Shown: positions 44,550 to 55,004 of the stretch, in pieces
Layout of the letters: every line of letters starts with the position of its first letter
How positions within the stretch are numbered: position 1 is the stretch's first letter
Assembly (NCBI GenBank): GCA_949065595.1
Contig: CARSXK010000004.1
Span: forward strand, 1-56,801
DNA length: 56,801 bases
DNA from: an uncultured Bacilli bacterium
GTDB taxonomy: Bacteria > Bacillota_I > Bacilli_A > RF39 > UBA660
Direction of reading: 5' to 3'
Notes under the pieces: generated by a model
What the model was told of the DNA's origin: nothing
What the model saw: only the letters and a program-made list of their open reading frames with translations
Databases searched by the model: none
Made by a program: the position numbers and the translations under genes

Positions 44550-47504
44550 TTATGTAGTTGGTTTTTCGGATGGTTTAGGGGGCTTCTCTGGTGTTTTTTC
44601 TTTTATGATAATGGTTCTAGTTAAAGTATCTGTAAATTTCTTATAGCTGATACTATATGTTATGGTATATGTTTCTGCTTGATCTGTTTTGATTGCAGTG
44701 ACTTCTTTGCCATCTTTGGTTTTGATGGTTTTTTTGATGGTAGCTTTATCTGTTACATTGGTTAAGTCTTCTAATACAGTAACAGAGGGAGATGGTTCTT
44801 TGAATGTATCTCCAACGGTTAGGGTCATTGTTTTTTGTCCAACCAATTCAGTTGTTATGACTGTCTCCACTTCATCCAATGATATTTTTGTTTCTGTGCC
44901 ACTGCTTATGTTTGCTTTAAAAATAGTATAGGCAGTTTTTACAACATATGTGGTAGGAGATTTAGAAGTAATTGGTATTTCCATAGTTGTCTTATCAGTT
45001 GTGCCAACCAATGTCAGTTCTCCTTTGGTATCTTTGGAATAGATTTGATACACGATGGTACCTAGCTGTGCACTATTTGCATTTTTTCTATCGTTAATCA
45101 ATTGATTGATTCCATTTTCACTTGTTGCGATATTTCTTGCCCAAGCATCGATTGTTTCATCCTTGATTGCGTTTGGTGTAACCGCATCCCAAGAAAGTGT
45201 CAATGTTTTCTTTTCTATTTTTGATTTTAAATTGGCTACATTTTCTAAAGTATCATAGCGATCAGATACTTCGGTTGGTTCTGTACCTACTTTAAATAAT
45301 TCAGTAATGCGCATATCCGCTGGCGTATGTGCACTTGGTAATTTGATAGGATCCGTTTCTTTTTCAATTTCTACTTGAATGACACCACTTGGTTTCGCCC
45401 AATTGACACCAGTTCTAAAAATGCCTTTTCCAACTGTTTGGAATAATCTTCGATGTCCAGTGGAATAAGAACTACTGGTATAATCACAGTTAGAGCGATC
45501 CTTGTATCCATACCATACTGAAATTGCATAATCAGGGGATACCCCATTTACCCATAAATCATTTACTGAATCATTTGAGAAATTAGGACATTTGTTGAAT
45601 ACAGATTGATCATAATTGGTCGTTCCAGTTTTAGCCCCATAAATGGCTCCATTGATATATGCTTGGTTGTAAAGTCCACCTTGTGCGGCACTTTTTAATA
45701 AATCTGCCATAATATAAGCGCTCTCTTCGCTCATGACCCTTATTTTATCTACTTTCTTTTCGGTTACTTCTTTTGTATCACGATCTATGATTTTTGTATA
45801 ACTATGTGGTGTGATATAGTATCCACCATTTCCAAAGGCTGCATAGGCTGCGGCCATTGATTTAGGCGATTCTCCTGTGTATCCACCAATTGAGTGTGCT
45901 TCATGTAATATTCCATCAGAACCAATTTCTGGACTCAAATGTAATCCTAGAGCCAAGTTTTTAATATTGCTATTGTGGTTTTGTTGAAAAGCTTTTAAGG
46001 CTGGAATATTACGAGATTGCGATAATGCTTCTCTTAATGTGAGAAGACCATTGTATTTTCTATCCCAGTTATTGATTCTGGTTCCATTGGAATAAGTATA
46101 TTCTTCATCCATGTATAATTTGGCGGTTGACCAATTTTCAAATTCGATTCCTGGAGCGTAGTCATAGATTGGTTTTGATGTAGAACCGATTTGTTTTATT
46201 GTTTCTGTTGCAGTATTGAATTGCGTTAGATTGGTACGATTGCGTCCAGCACCCACTGCTAAAATGGCTCCAGTTTTGTTATCGAGTACCATAATTCCAG
46301 CATCTACTTGATCATTTTCCCACTCATAAAGTTCTCCATTCATAACTCGATTGATATAGATTTGTTTCTCTGGATCTAATGTAGTCCAAATTTCCATAGG
46401 ATATACGTATGGATTTTTACCTGTATCTTTGATAACTTCTTTGACTACTGTGTCAATAAATGCTTCGTAATCCTCATTTTCTGAAGTTGTTTTTGTGTAT
46501 AATAATTTATCAACAGTTAATGCTTCTGCTACTTTCCGTTCTTCGTTTGTAATATAACCATGACGTTCCATTAAATAAAGAACTGTTTTTCGTCTTTCTT
46601 CAGCAAGTTCTGGATTTCTATTTGGATCATAAGAGTTTGGTGCCTGGAATAAACCTGCAATTAAAGCCGCTTCAGCAACATTAATGTCTTTTGCTGATTT
46701 TCCAAAATAAGTTTGACAAGCTTGTTCTACACCATAAGCTCCACTGCCTAGATAGTTTGAGTTGATATAAAATTCAATGATTTCTTTTTTGGTGTATTTT
46801 TTTTCTACTTGAAAAATTGCCATATAAATATCGGTAAATTTTCTTGTAATGGTTTGATCTGTTGATGTGAAGTTATTTTTAACTACTTGCATGGTCAAGG
46901 TAGATGCCCCTCCACCACTATGTGTTAGTACTTGTTTTACACTTGCGACTAAAAATCTTGGTAAATCAAATCCATTGTGTTGGAAGAAACGTGAATCTTC
47001 TGTTGCAACAATGGCGTCTACTAATATTTCAGGAAGTTCATCGTATGTAATTTTCTCTCTTTTTTCTGTTCCTAATTTTGTAATAATGGTTCCATCAGGT
47101 CGATAAAGAATGGTAGATTCTTGACGATATAAGTTATCGGGATTGAATTCAGGGGCATTTTTGACAATGTAGTTTGCGAATAAAACACATGCTACAATGA
47201 TTAAAATACCAATAGAAAAACAAATCAATAAAATAATTTTTAAGATTTTATTTCGTTTTCTTTTTTTGTCATGATTGGATACCTTCTTTTTGGCTTTGTT
47301 TTTTCCAATGAGTGGTTGTGTTTTAGAAGGTTTTCTTTTCTTTTTTCTGGTTTGTAAAAAATTGGGCAAGAATAAAAGTGCATCTGCAATTCCAATAATG
47401 AAGATTGCTTTTAGCCATCCAATCGCAAAGCAGCCCGTAATAAAGGCGATGAGACTTACAATTAAAATTACAATATTTTCCCTGTTTTTTAATAATTTTT
47501 TCAT
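44550..47504 (-). CDS. ponA: bifunctional class A penicillin-binding protein (PBP1A)
   Basis: 'EDSRFFQHNGFD', 'GASTLTMQ', 'GSTSKP', 'KTGTT'. The start is reset to ATG 47504 (AAGGAGG upstream, ATGA overlap with the recU stop). Confidence 0.9.
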   Translation of the reverse strand: MKKLLKNRENIVILIVSLIAFITGCFAIGWLKAIFIIGIADALLFLPNFLQTRKKKRKPSKTQPLIGKNKAKKKVSNHDKKRKRNKILKIILLICFSIGILIIVACVLFANYIVKNAPEFNPDNLYRQESTILYRPDGTIITKLGTEKREKITYDELPEILVDAIVATEDSRFFQHNGFDLPRFLVASVKQVLTHSGGGASTLTMQVVKNNFTSTDQTITRKFTDIYMAIFQVEKKYTKKEIIEFYINSNYLGSGAYGVEQACQTYFGKSAKDINVAEAALIAGLFQAPNSYDPNRNPELAEERRKTVLYLMERHGYITNEERKVAEALTVDKLLYTKTTSENEDYEAFIDTVVKEVIKDTGKNPYVYPMEIWTTLDPEKQIYINRVMNGELYEWENDQVDAGIMVLDNKTGAILAVGAGRNRTNLTQFNTATETIKQIGSTSKPIYDYAPGIEFENWSTAKLYMDEEYTYSNGTRINNWDRKYNGLLTLREALSQSRNIPALKAFQQNHNSNIKNLALGLHLSPEIGSDGILHEAHSIGGYTGESPKSMAAAYAAFGNGGYYITPHSYTKIIDRDTKEVTEKKVDKIRVMSEESAYIMADLLKSAAQGGLYNQAYINGAIYGAKTGTTNYDQSVFNKCPNFSNDSVNDLWVNGVSPDYAISVWYGYKDRSNCDYTSSSYSTGHRRLFQTVGKGIFRTGVNWAKPSGVIQVEIEKETDPIKLPSAHTPADMRITELFKVGTEPTEVSDRYDTLENVANLKSKIEKKTLTLSWDAVTPNAIKDETIDAWARNIATSENGINQLINDRKNANSAQLGTIVYQIYSKDTKGELTLVGTTDKTTMEIPITSKSPTTYVVKTAYTIFKANISSGTETKISLDEVETVITTELVGQKTMTLTVGDTFKEPSPSVTVLEDLTNVTDKATIKKTIKTKDGKEVTAIKTDQAETYTITYSISYKKFTDTLTRTIIIKEKTPEKPPKPSEKPTT

Positions 47505-48073
47505 GATTTTCCTCCTTCGAAATATATCGTATTTACCCAAAATAGATAATCAATTCTTGGATTTAGTTTTTCTGGAATGAGATATCCATTTTCCTTTATA
47601 TAGGTATATGGGATTGATTTTCTAGTTTCTAGCTCTATAAATGTAAATAGTGTTTCACCCTTTAATAAATAGGTTTCTTGCTTTTGTGTGAAACGAATGA
47701 TGAAAAAACCAATCCCCCCATGACGAATAATTTGTTTCATGTGTATCATTTGATGTAAATGTATATTATTCAGTGGAAAGCGTTCTTGTTTTGTTTCTTT
47801 GGCTTCAAAATCAATATACTTTCCTTTATAAACTCCATTATAATCAGTTGTGGATGGTGTTTTAAAATAGGCCTCTTTAATTACTGCTTCTTTTCGATTT
47901 GGAAAATCGACCTTTGTTATGGTAATTGGAGTTGGCTTTTTATATATAATTGCAATATCTTGTTCTCTATAGTAGTTATTCGTGATATTAATGTCTTCTT
48001 CTAATGACATACCACGGTTTCCATAGTTGGTTATTTTTTTTTTATTTTGTTTAATGCCTGTGGGATATTTCAT
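47501..48073 (-). CDS. recU: Holliday junction resolvase RecU
   Basis: 'GMSLEEDIN.TN.YY' and 'DFEAKET'. Conserved recU-ponA operon. Confidence 0.9.
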   Translation of the reverse strand: MKYPTGIKQNKKKITNYGNRGMSLEEDINITNNYYREQDIAIIYKKPTPITITKVDFPNRKEAVIKEAYFKTPSTTDYNGVYKGKYIDFEAKETKQERFPLNNIHLHQMIHMKQIIRHGGIGFFIIRFTQKQETYLLKGETLFTFIELETRKSIPYTYIKENGYLIPEKLNPRIDYLFWVNTIYFEGGKS

Positions 48074-48165
48074 TTTATCACCACTATCATTATACTATAG
48101 ATAAAAAAAATTTACTATAAAATTTATAGTAAACATGATAAAAATGAAAAATAGGGGAAGAGCAT

Positions 48166-49548
48166 CTATGGATTGATTTTTATTTTATCTTTAAAAACTT
48201 TTTGTATGCTTTTGTATGTGATTTCATCTGTTGCTGCTATAAAATCTTGTAGCTCTAAAAATGATAGTTGATTTAAGTATTTTTTTAGTGTTTCTTCAGA
48301 TATTTTTTTTCTTTGTAAGATGTTATCTATGAAGGAAGGTGGTGTATTCATGTAAATTGTGGTTAATGTTTGTATAATTTCTGACTTGGCATGCGTGTGA
48401 TAATAGGCTGCCGCAGATGCAAAGCAATGAATACATTTTAAAAATTCAAAATCTTGGATTGCCTCACCAAATCCTATTTGTAAATTTTTTCTATTTTCAC
48501 GATAATTATTTAGTTGTATATAAATAGAATTTAATTCTTTTTTCAAATTTTTTAAATGTTCATTTGTATTCCATGGATATTCTTCTTTTAAAGAAAAGGT
48601 AAACAGGTCTTTATCTGACAAATAAGGAAAGAATATTTGTGGGAATGCTATATTTGCCTTTTGAATTACCTTTCTTCTTAAGGTATCATATTTTTGGCAA
48701 AGCTCCTGTTCTTGTTCTTTGAAAAGGAAATATGAACAGAAATCTTTATCCATCAATGCATAGTTCGCATAATATGTATTAATTTCTAAAGTCAACATAT
48801 AAATATTTTTATTGCATTCTAACTCTGGGTGTCTTTCAAAGTCATATTCTAAAAATTGTTCGCTTGCATAGCTTAATGCTGTTTCTTCTCTATTTTGTTT
48901 TTGGGATGAATATGGTGCTTTCTCAAATATTCGGTTGTATGTTTCAATGGTACTATTGTAGTAAATTGGTTGTTGCCCCTTTTCTCTTTTGTAATGGGTT
49001 TGTTTTGCGGCATTTGAAATAAAACAAATTGAATCATATCTAGCATTTAAAAAGTTGTTAAATGCTAATAGAAATTTAGGGTTTATATGCCAATTAGAAG
49101 GATATTCAGATGGGTAATTTAATTTTCTGGCTTTTTCTATAATTTGCTCATATAATTGCTTTTTATTATCATCTAGAGGAACCTGATTAGTAGAACATAG
49201 TAAGTACATTATATCTAGAAGAATATATAAAGGAAATTTATTAGAATAATCAAAGGAAAAAACTCCATCTAAAACTTCTGCTATTGTTTTGGGATCTTTT
49301 GTATAAATTTGTTCAATCATATGAAATGCTTGATAAGTATTTTCGTGTACTTTTAAAGCACATGGTAATTTTATTTCTAAATCATCTCTACTTTTACTGT
49401 AGCCATATTGTGCAAGTGTCTCATGTATTAATGGCGATAATGAATCGTTAATTTTTTTTCTTATTTCTTCTGCATTAATATACTCAATATTAATATACTC
49501 AATAGAGGAATCGGCCAAATTGTAATTTTCATTTGTTATGGGTTTCAT
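48166..49548 (-). CDS. hypothetical protein (460 aa), no recognisable domain
   Basis: ATG 49548 sits 7 nt after AGGAG. Long clean ORF in an accessory gap between recU and rnj. Confidence 0.6.
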   Translation of the reverse strand: MKPITNENYNLADSSIEYINIEYINAEEIRKKINDSLSPLIHETLAQYGYSKSRDDLEIKLPCALKVHENTYQAFHMIEQIYTKDPKTIAEVLDGVFSFDYSNKFPLYILLDIMYLLCSTNQVPLDDNKKQLYEQIIEKARKLNYPSEYPSNWHINPKFLLAFNNFLNARYDSICFISNAAKQTHYKREKGQQPIYYNSTIETYNRIFEKAPYSSQKQNREETALSYASEQFLEYDFERHPELECNKNIYMLTLEINTYYANYALMDKDFCSYFLFKEQEQELCQKYDTLRRKVIQKANIAFPQIFFPYLSDKDLFTFSLKEEYPWNTNEHLKNLKKELNSIYIQLNNYRENRKNLQIGFGEAIQDFEFLKCIHCFASAAAYYHTHAKSEIIQTLTTIYMNTPPSFIDNILQRKKISEETLKKYLNQLSFLELQDFIAATDEITYKSIQKVFKDKIKINP

Positions 49549-50241
49549 ATTTAGACTCCTTTTCATGTAAATGAGATATATCATATATTTATTTTTTTGA
49601 TTTGTCAAATTTTTTTAACGATGTTTGTAACGATGTTACGTGTATGTTATGAATATTATGATATGGTAGCTGATTATTTGAACTCAATTTTACAGCGAAA
49701 AATAAGTTTAAATTTAAAAAACTATTAATTATGTGAAACAAATTTAGAATAAAAGTGTTGATTTGGCTACTTATAAAATACAGAATATATCCTGAAAATT
49801 ATAAGTGGCATGCGACCATTCCTTTTAACTTTTTAATCATTTTACTCTAATGTCATAATTAGTTTTTCTTGCAGTATTTTTGTCTTCTTAATTTGAACAT
49901 CTATATTGTTTGAACGAGCATATCTCTTCAAATTTTTCATTTCTCCTTCTTTGGTATAGTTCCACCCTTTCTAATTCGGTTAACCTCAATTTTGATTCCT
50001 CTTTAAAACTTTGAGTAATATTTTCCTTCTTTTCTGCTAGCTATTATGCATATTTTTTCTAGTTTTGTCGAATTTATGTAAACCACATATTTTTTGTGCT
50101 AGAGTATAAATTAGGTGATGATATGGGAATGGATAGGCGACTCAATCGATTATTTGATGAGATGTTAGAGGATATAAAATATAGTAAAATTGCAGCTTTT
50201 ACAAAAGTATTATATCAGGATAAGTAAAAAGAAACTATTCA

Positions 50242-51918
50242 TTAGCTTCTTTTTTTAATGTCCATGATGACGGGTAATATAATTGGTTTTCTTCCTGTTT
50301 TTTCATATGCATAAGTTGATAATTCTGTGATGATTTCCTGTTTGATATCTGCATAGTTAACAGGTGGCTTTAGTCTTGATAGGATGGCATTTTTGCAAAT
50401 CATTTCTAAATGCTTGAGTAATTCTTCATTTTCATTGACTAGTACAAATCCTCTTGTGGTAATATTGACTTTTCCAAGTAACTTTGCATTTTTTGTATCA
50501 ATATTTGCAATGACAACAATAATACCATCATTGGCCATAATTTTTCTGTCTTTGATTACTGCTGCGCCAACATCACCGATGCGATTTCCATCTACATAAA
50601 TATCACCTGCTGGAATCATACCTGCTTTTTTGATATTTCCTTTGTACATAGATAAAATTTCGCCATTTCCTAAAATAAAGGTATTTTCTTTAGGAATCCC
50701 ACATAAGACTCCTAAATCCGCATGTTGTTTTAACATACGATATTCTCCATGGAAAGGCATTAAATATTTTGGTCTCATAAGCCGAATCATTAATTTCAAT
50801 TCCTCTTGATAAGCATGTCCAGAGGTATGAATATCACCCAAAGAAGTATTGGTATATACATCAACCCCTTGTAGATATAATTTGTTAATGGTTCTAGAAA
50901 TACTTAATGCGTTTCCCGGAATTGCGGATGAAGAAAAAATGACAGTATCTTCTGGTTGTAATTTGATAGAACGATGTACTCCATTGGCAATACGGGATAA
51001 TGCAGCAAGTGGTTCTCCTTGACTACCTGTACAAAGTAGACATACTTGGTTTGGTGGCAAATGATTGGCTTCTTCTGGTGTAATAAAAATATCCTTATTT
51101 TTGATATATCCACCTTGAATCGAAATTTCAATATTGTTTTCCATACTTCTTCCAAATGTAGCAATTTTTCTCCCATTTTTTTTACATGTATCAACAATGT
51201 GTTTTAAGCGATAAATATTAGAAGCAAATGTTGCGATGATAATTCTCCCATTTTTTCTTCTAAAAATTTCTTGTAATGCATTATCTACACGGGATTCACT
51301 TGCACTCATGCCTTCATTCAAGGCATTGGTACTATCACTTAATAATAATGTAACACCTCTTTTGCCAATCGCAGCCATTTTATGAATATTTGCCATTGGA
51401 CCAATTGGCGTAAGGTCAAATTTGAAATCTCCTGTTGTAACAATTGTTCCATTTGGTGTTGTAATACAAATTCCGTGAGAATCAGGAATGGAGTGTGTTG
51501 TTCTAAAAAATTCCACTTCAATATACTTGAATTTGACTTTAGTTCTTTCTTCATACACCACAATATTTTTATATTGAACGTTTCTATCTTCTAATTTTTT
51601 CTTAATCAAACCAACGGCTTGATTTGGGGCATATATAACAGGAATATGCACCGTTTGTAATAAAAATGGAATCGCCCCAATATGATCTTCGTGACCATGT
51701 GTGATAAACAAAGCTTTTATTTTTGTTTCATTCTTTTTTAAAAAGGAAAAATCTGGAATAACATAGTCAACTCCCATCAATTCTCCTTCTGGAAAAGTAA
51801 TACCCGCATCCGTAATAATCAGTTCGTTATTATGCATTACACAATACATATTTTTTCCGACTTCCCCAAGGCCACCTAAAGCAAAAATTTTAGTGTCCTC
51901 GTTGTTAAAAAATTTCAT
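50242..51918 (-). CDS. rnj: ribonuclease J
   Basis: 'ALGGLGEVGKN', metallo-beta-lactamase 'THGHEDHIGA', and beta-CASP plus C-terminal domains. Confidence 0.95.
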   Translation of the reverse strand: MKFFNNEDTKIFALGGLGEVGKNMYCVMHNNELIITDAGITFPEGELMGVDYVIPDFSFLKKNETKIKALFITHGHEDHIGAIPFLLQTVHIPVIYAPNQAVGLIKKKLEDRNVQYKNIVVYEERTKVKFKYIEVEFFRTTHSIPDSHGICITTPNGTIVTTGDFKFDLTPIGPMANIHKMAAIGKRGVTLLLSDSTNALNEGMSASESRVDNALQEIFRRKNGRIIIATFASNIYRLKHIVDTCKKNGRKIATFGRSMENNIEISIQGGYIKNKDIFITPEEANHLPPNQVCLLCTGSQGEPLAALSRIANGVHRSIKLQPEDTVIFSSSAIPGNALSISRTINKLYLQGVDVYTNTSLGDIHTSGHAYQEELKLMIRLMRPKYLMPFHGEYRMLKQHADLGVLCGIPKENTFILGNGEILSMYKGNIKKAGMIPAGDIYVDGNRIGDVGAAVIKDRKIMANDGIIVVIANIDTKNAKLLGKVNITTRGFVLVNENEELLKHLEMICKNAILSRLKPPVNYADIKQEIITELSTYAYEKTGRKPIILPVIMDIKKRS

Positions 51919-52101
51919 AAATACTCCTTTCTACTCGATTTGAAATCTAACGTATTACATTATAACTGTTTTTTAGACTTTTGTAAATGGAAAAATTTGT
52001 GTATCTAAAATAATCCATAAAATAAAATTGGTTGGTACTTGATGTTTTGATGTATTTTCGGTACAATATAATTAGGGTAAAAGAATAGAAAAGAGGGCTA
52101 T

Positions 52102-54510
52102 ATGTTTAATTTTTATAATCCAACGCCAATTACAGCGGCAAAAAATGTATTAGATTCAGAAATGTTAAAAAAAATAGATGCTTATTTTAGAGCTGCTAAT
52201 TATTTATCAGTAGGACAACTTTATTTATTGGATAATCCTTTATTGCGGGAACCTTTGAAAAAAGAACACATCAAACGAAAAATCGTAGGACATTGGGGAA
52301 CTGTGCCAGGACAAAATTTTATTTATGTTCATTTAAATCGTGTCATTCAAAAATATGATTTGAACATGATATATGTATCTGGTCCTGGTCATGGTGGAAA
52401 TGCGGTTGTTTCTAATGTATATTTAGAAGGTAGTTATAGTGAAGTTTATCCAGATGTAAGTGAAGATATAGAGGGAATGACAAAGTTATTCAAACAGTTT
52501 TCATTTCCAGGAGGAATTTCATCCCATGTTGCCCCTGAAACGCCAGGTTCTATTAATGAAGGAGGAGAGCTTGGATATTCTTTGGCACATTCTTTTGGAG
52601 CTGTTTTTGACAATCCCGATTTGATTGCAGCTTGTGTGATTGGAGATGGGGAAGCCGAAACGGGTCCACTTGCAACCTCATGGCATTCTAACAAATTTTT
52701 AAACCCTATTACTGATGGGGCAGTTTTACCTATCTTGCATTTAAATGGATATAAAATTAGTAATCCGACTGTTTTTTCTCGCATTTCCGAAGAGGAATCT
52801 AGACAGTTTTTTGAAGGATGTGGATGGAAGCCATACTATGTAGAAGGCGACGATCCGATGGTGATGCATGAAAAAATGGCCTCTGTGATGGATCAAGTAA
52901 TTACAGAAATTAAACAAATTCAAAACCATGCACGTAGTACCAATGATGCTTCCAGACCAATGTGGCCTATGATAGTATTTCGATCTCCTAAAGGTTGGAC
53001 AGGGCCAAAAGTAGTGGATGACAAGCAAATAGAAGGAACTTTTAGAGCACACCAAGTACCAATCGCGATGGACAAAGAAGAACATATTGGTGTGTTAGAA
53101 GCTTGGATGAAAAGTTATCATCCAGAAGAGTTATTTGATGAAAAAGGTGCCTTACTACCAGAGCTGAAGGCACTTGCTCCAACTGGGAATCATCGTATGG
53201 GTTCTAATCCACATACCAATGGCGGTCTTTTATTAAAAGAATTGAGAATGCCAGATTTTAGAAATTATGGTCTTGCTATCGAAAAACCAGGTATGGTTGA
53301 AGCGCAGGATATGTTAGTACTTGGTAACTTTGTAAGAGATATATTTGTACGAAATGAAGAGGAACATAATTTTCGAATTTTTGGTCCAGATGAGACAATG
53401 TCCAATCGTTTGAGTAAGGTATTTGAAAAAGCCAATCGTGCTTGGAATGTAGAAACAAAAGACAATGATGAATTTTTATCCCCAGATGGTAGGGTTATGG
53501 ATTCCATGCTCAGTGAACATTTATGTGAAGGATGGCTAGAAGGATACTTATTGACAGGACGCCATGGCTTTTTTGCAAGTTATGAAGCATTCGCACGTAT
53601 TATCGATTCCATGTTTAGTCAACATGCCAAATGGTTGAAAGTGACCAAAGAATTACCTTGGAGGCAAAAAATTGCATCATTGAATTATATACTGACTTCT
53701 AATGTTTGGCAACAAGACCATAATGGGTATACACATCAAGACCCTGGTTTTTTAGACCATGTTGCGAATAAGAAAGCAGATATTGTGCGTATGTATTTGC
53801 CACCAGATGCGAATTGTTTACTATCTGTATTTGATCATTGTATTCGTAGTAAAAATTATGTAAATGTCATTGTTGCTTCAAAACATCCTCGTCCACAATG
53901 GTTAACTATGGAACAAGCTATCCGTCATTGTACACAAGGAATTGGTATTTGGAATTGGGCAAGTAATGACCAACATGCAGAGCCAGATATTGTACTCGCA
54001 ACTTGTGGGGATACGCCTACATTAGAGGGGCTTGCGGCGGTTACTTTAATGCGAAAATATTTACCAGAAATTAAAATTCGTTTTATCAATGTCGTTGATT
54101 TGATGAAATTGGTTCCCAATGAAGACCATCCACATGGACTTAAAAATGAGGATTATGATACGTTATTTACCAAAAATAAACCAATTATATTTGTTTTCCA
54201 TGGGTATCAGTCTTTAATTCATGAACTTTTATATCACCGTCATAATCGTAATTTACATGTGTGTGGCTATAAAGAAGAAGGAACCATCACAACACCATTT
54301 GATATGCGCGTTCAAAATGAAATCGATCGTTATCATTTGGTGATTGATATGATACAAAGGTTGCCCCAACTTGGCAATCGCGGCGCATATGTGTTTCAAT
54401 TGATGCGTGATCAATTGGTAAAACATAAGCAATATATTAAAGAATATGGGGAGGATATGCCAGAAGTAAAAGATTGGAAATGGGAAACTTTGGTAGAAGA
54501 TATGCAATAA
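52102..54510 (+). CDS. xfp: xylulose-5-P/fructose-6-P phosphoketolase
   Basis: '[23 protein letters not shown]' and '[11 protein letters not shown]'. About 800 aa. Confidence 0.95.
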   Translation: MFNFYNPTPITAAKNVLDSEMLKKIDAYFRAANYLSVGQLYLLDNPLLREPLKKEHIKRKIVGHWGTVPGQNFIYVHLNRVIQKYDLNMIYVSGPGHGGNAVVSNVYLEGSYSEVYPDVSEDIEGMTKLFKQFSFPGGISSHVAPETPGSINEGGELGYSLAHSFGAVFDNPDLIAACVIGDGEAETGPLATSWHSNKFLNPITDGAVLPILHLNGYKISNPTVFSRISEEESRQFFEGCGWKPYYVEGDDPMVMHEKMASVMDQVITEIKQIQNHARSTNDASRPMWPMIVFRSPKGWTGPKVVDDKQIEGTFRAHQVPIAMDKEEHIGVLEAWMKSYHPEELFDEKGALLPELKALAPTGNHRMGSNPHTNGGLLLKELRMPDFRNYGLAIEKPGMVEAQDMLVLGNFVRDIFVRNEEEHNFRIFGPDETMSNRLSKVFEKANRAWNVETKDNDEFLSPDGRVMDSMLSEHLCEGWLEGYLLTGRHGFFASYEAFARIIDSMFSQHAKWLKVTKELPWRQKIASLNYILTSNVWQQDHNGYTHQDPGFLDHVANKKADIVRMYLPPDANCLLSVFDHCIRSKNYVNVIVASKHPRPQWLTMEQAIRHCTQGIGIWNWASNDQHAEPDIVLATCGDTPTLEGLAAVTLMRKYLPEIKIRFINVVDLMKLVPNEDHPHGLKNEDYDTLFTKNKPIIFVFHGYQSLIHELLYHRHNRNLHVCGYKEEGTITTPFDMRVQNEIDRYHLVIDMIQRLPQLGNRGAYVFQLMRDQLVKHKQYIKEYGEDMPEVKDWKWETLVEDMQ

Positions 54511-54515
54511 AATGA

Positions 54516-54546
54516 AAAATCTTTTCAAAATTGAAAAGATTTTTTA
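54516..54546 (+). terminator. intrinsic terminator of xfp
   Basis: AAAATCTTTTC/GAAAAGATTTT stem followed by a T-run. Confidence 0.8.
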
Positions 54547-54682
54547 GTAGAAAATTAAAATTTGTATAAAGTTATTTACTTTTATATAGACTGTTGGTAT
54601 AATGTATTTGGGATATGTTTTGATGCATGTCAGGTGCTTTTCCCTTCCTTTTGCTTTTGCAGATAGAAGGTGGTGATGTATT

Positions 54683-54760
54683 GTGAGAAAGAATGAAAAA
54701 TGTCTTTATTTCATAATCTTCCTATTATTTCTAGTAGTGTTTGTATTATTAATGAAATAA
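54683..54760 (+). CDS. 25-aa hydrophobic peptide (type I toxin-like)
   Basis: Not in the track. GTG 54683 follows GAAGGTGGTG. Encodes 'RKNEKCLYFIIFLLFLVVFVLLMK'. TGGTATAAT extended -10 at 54595..54603. Confidence 0.35.
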   Translation: MRKNEKCLYFIIFLLFLVVFVLLMK

Positions 54761-54943
54761 TAAAAGGCATCTGTTTATCACATCCGTGATTTGACAGACG
54801 CCAGTCCTTAATTTAGGGATTGCATTTGATTCTCCACAATCAAACGTATCCTTTTTATTGTATGGAATATATCCATCTACATACACTATAGCATATATTT
54901 TTTTCGGTTTCAATTCTTTTTGATTCACCTCAACTATCTGCAC
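54749..54943 (-). CDS. doubtful 64-aa ORF, or an antisense transcript convergent on the small peptide gene
   Basis: GTG start with no clear SD. A terminator-like hairpin (54765..54803) followed by a T-run on the minus strand lies inside its 3' end. Confidence 0.2.
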   Translation of the reverse strand: MQIVEVNQKELKPKKIYAIVYVDGYIPYNKKDTFDCGESNAIPKLRTGVCQITDVINRCLLLFH

Positions 54944-55004
54944 ACAATTTTAGAAAAGATAGATTTTTTATATGGAATCGTGTACAATGGTAATAGGTGA
55001 TATC

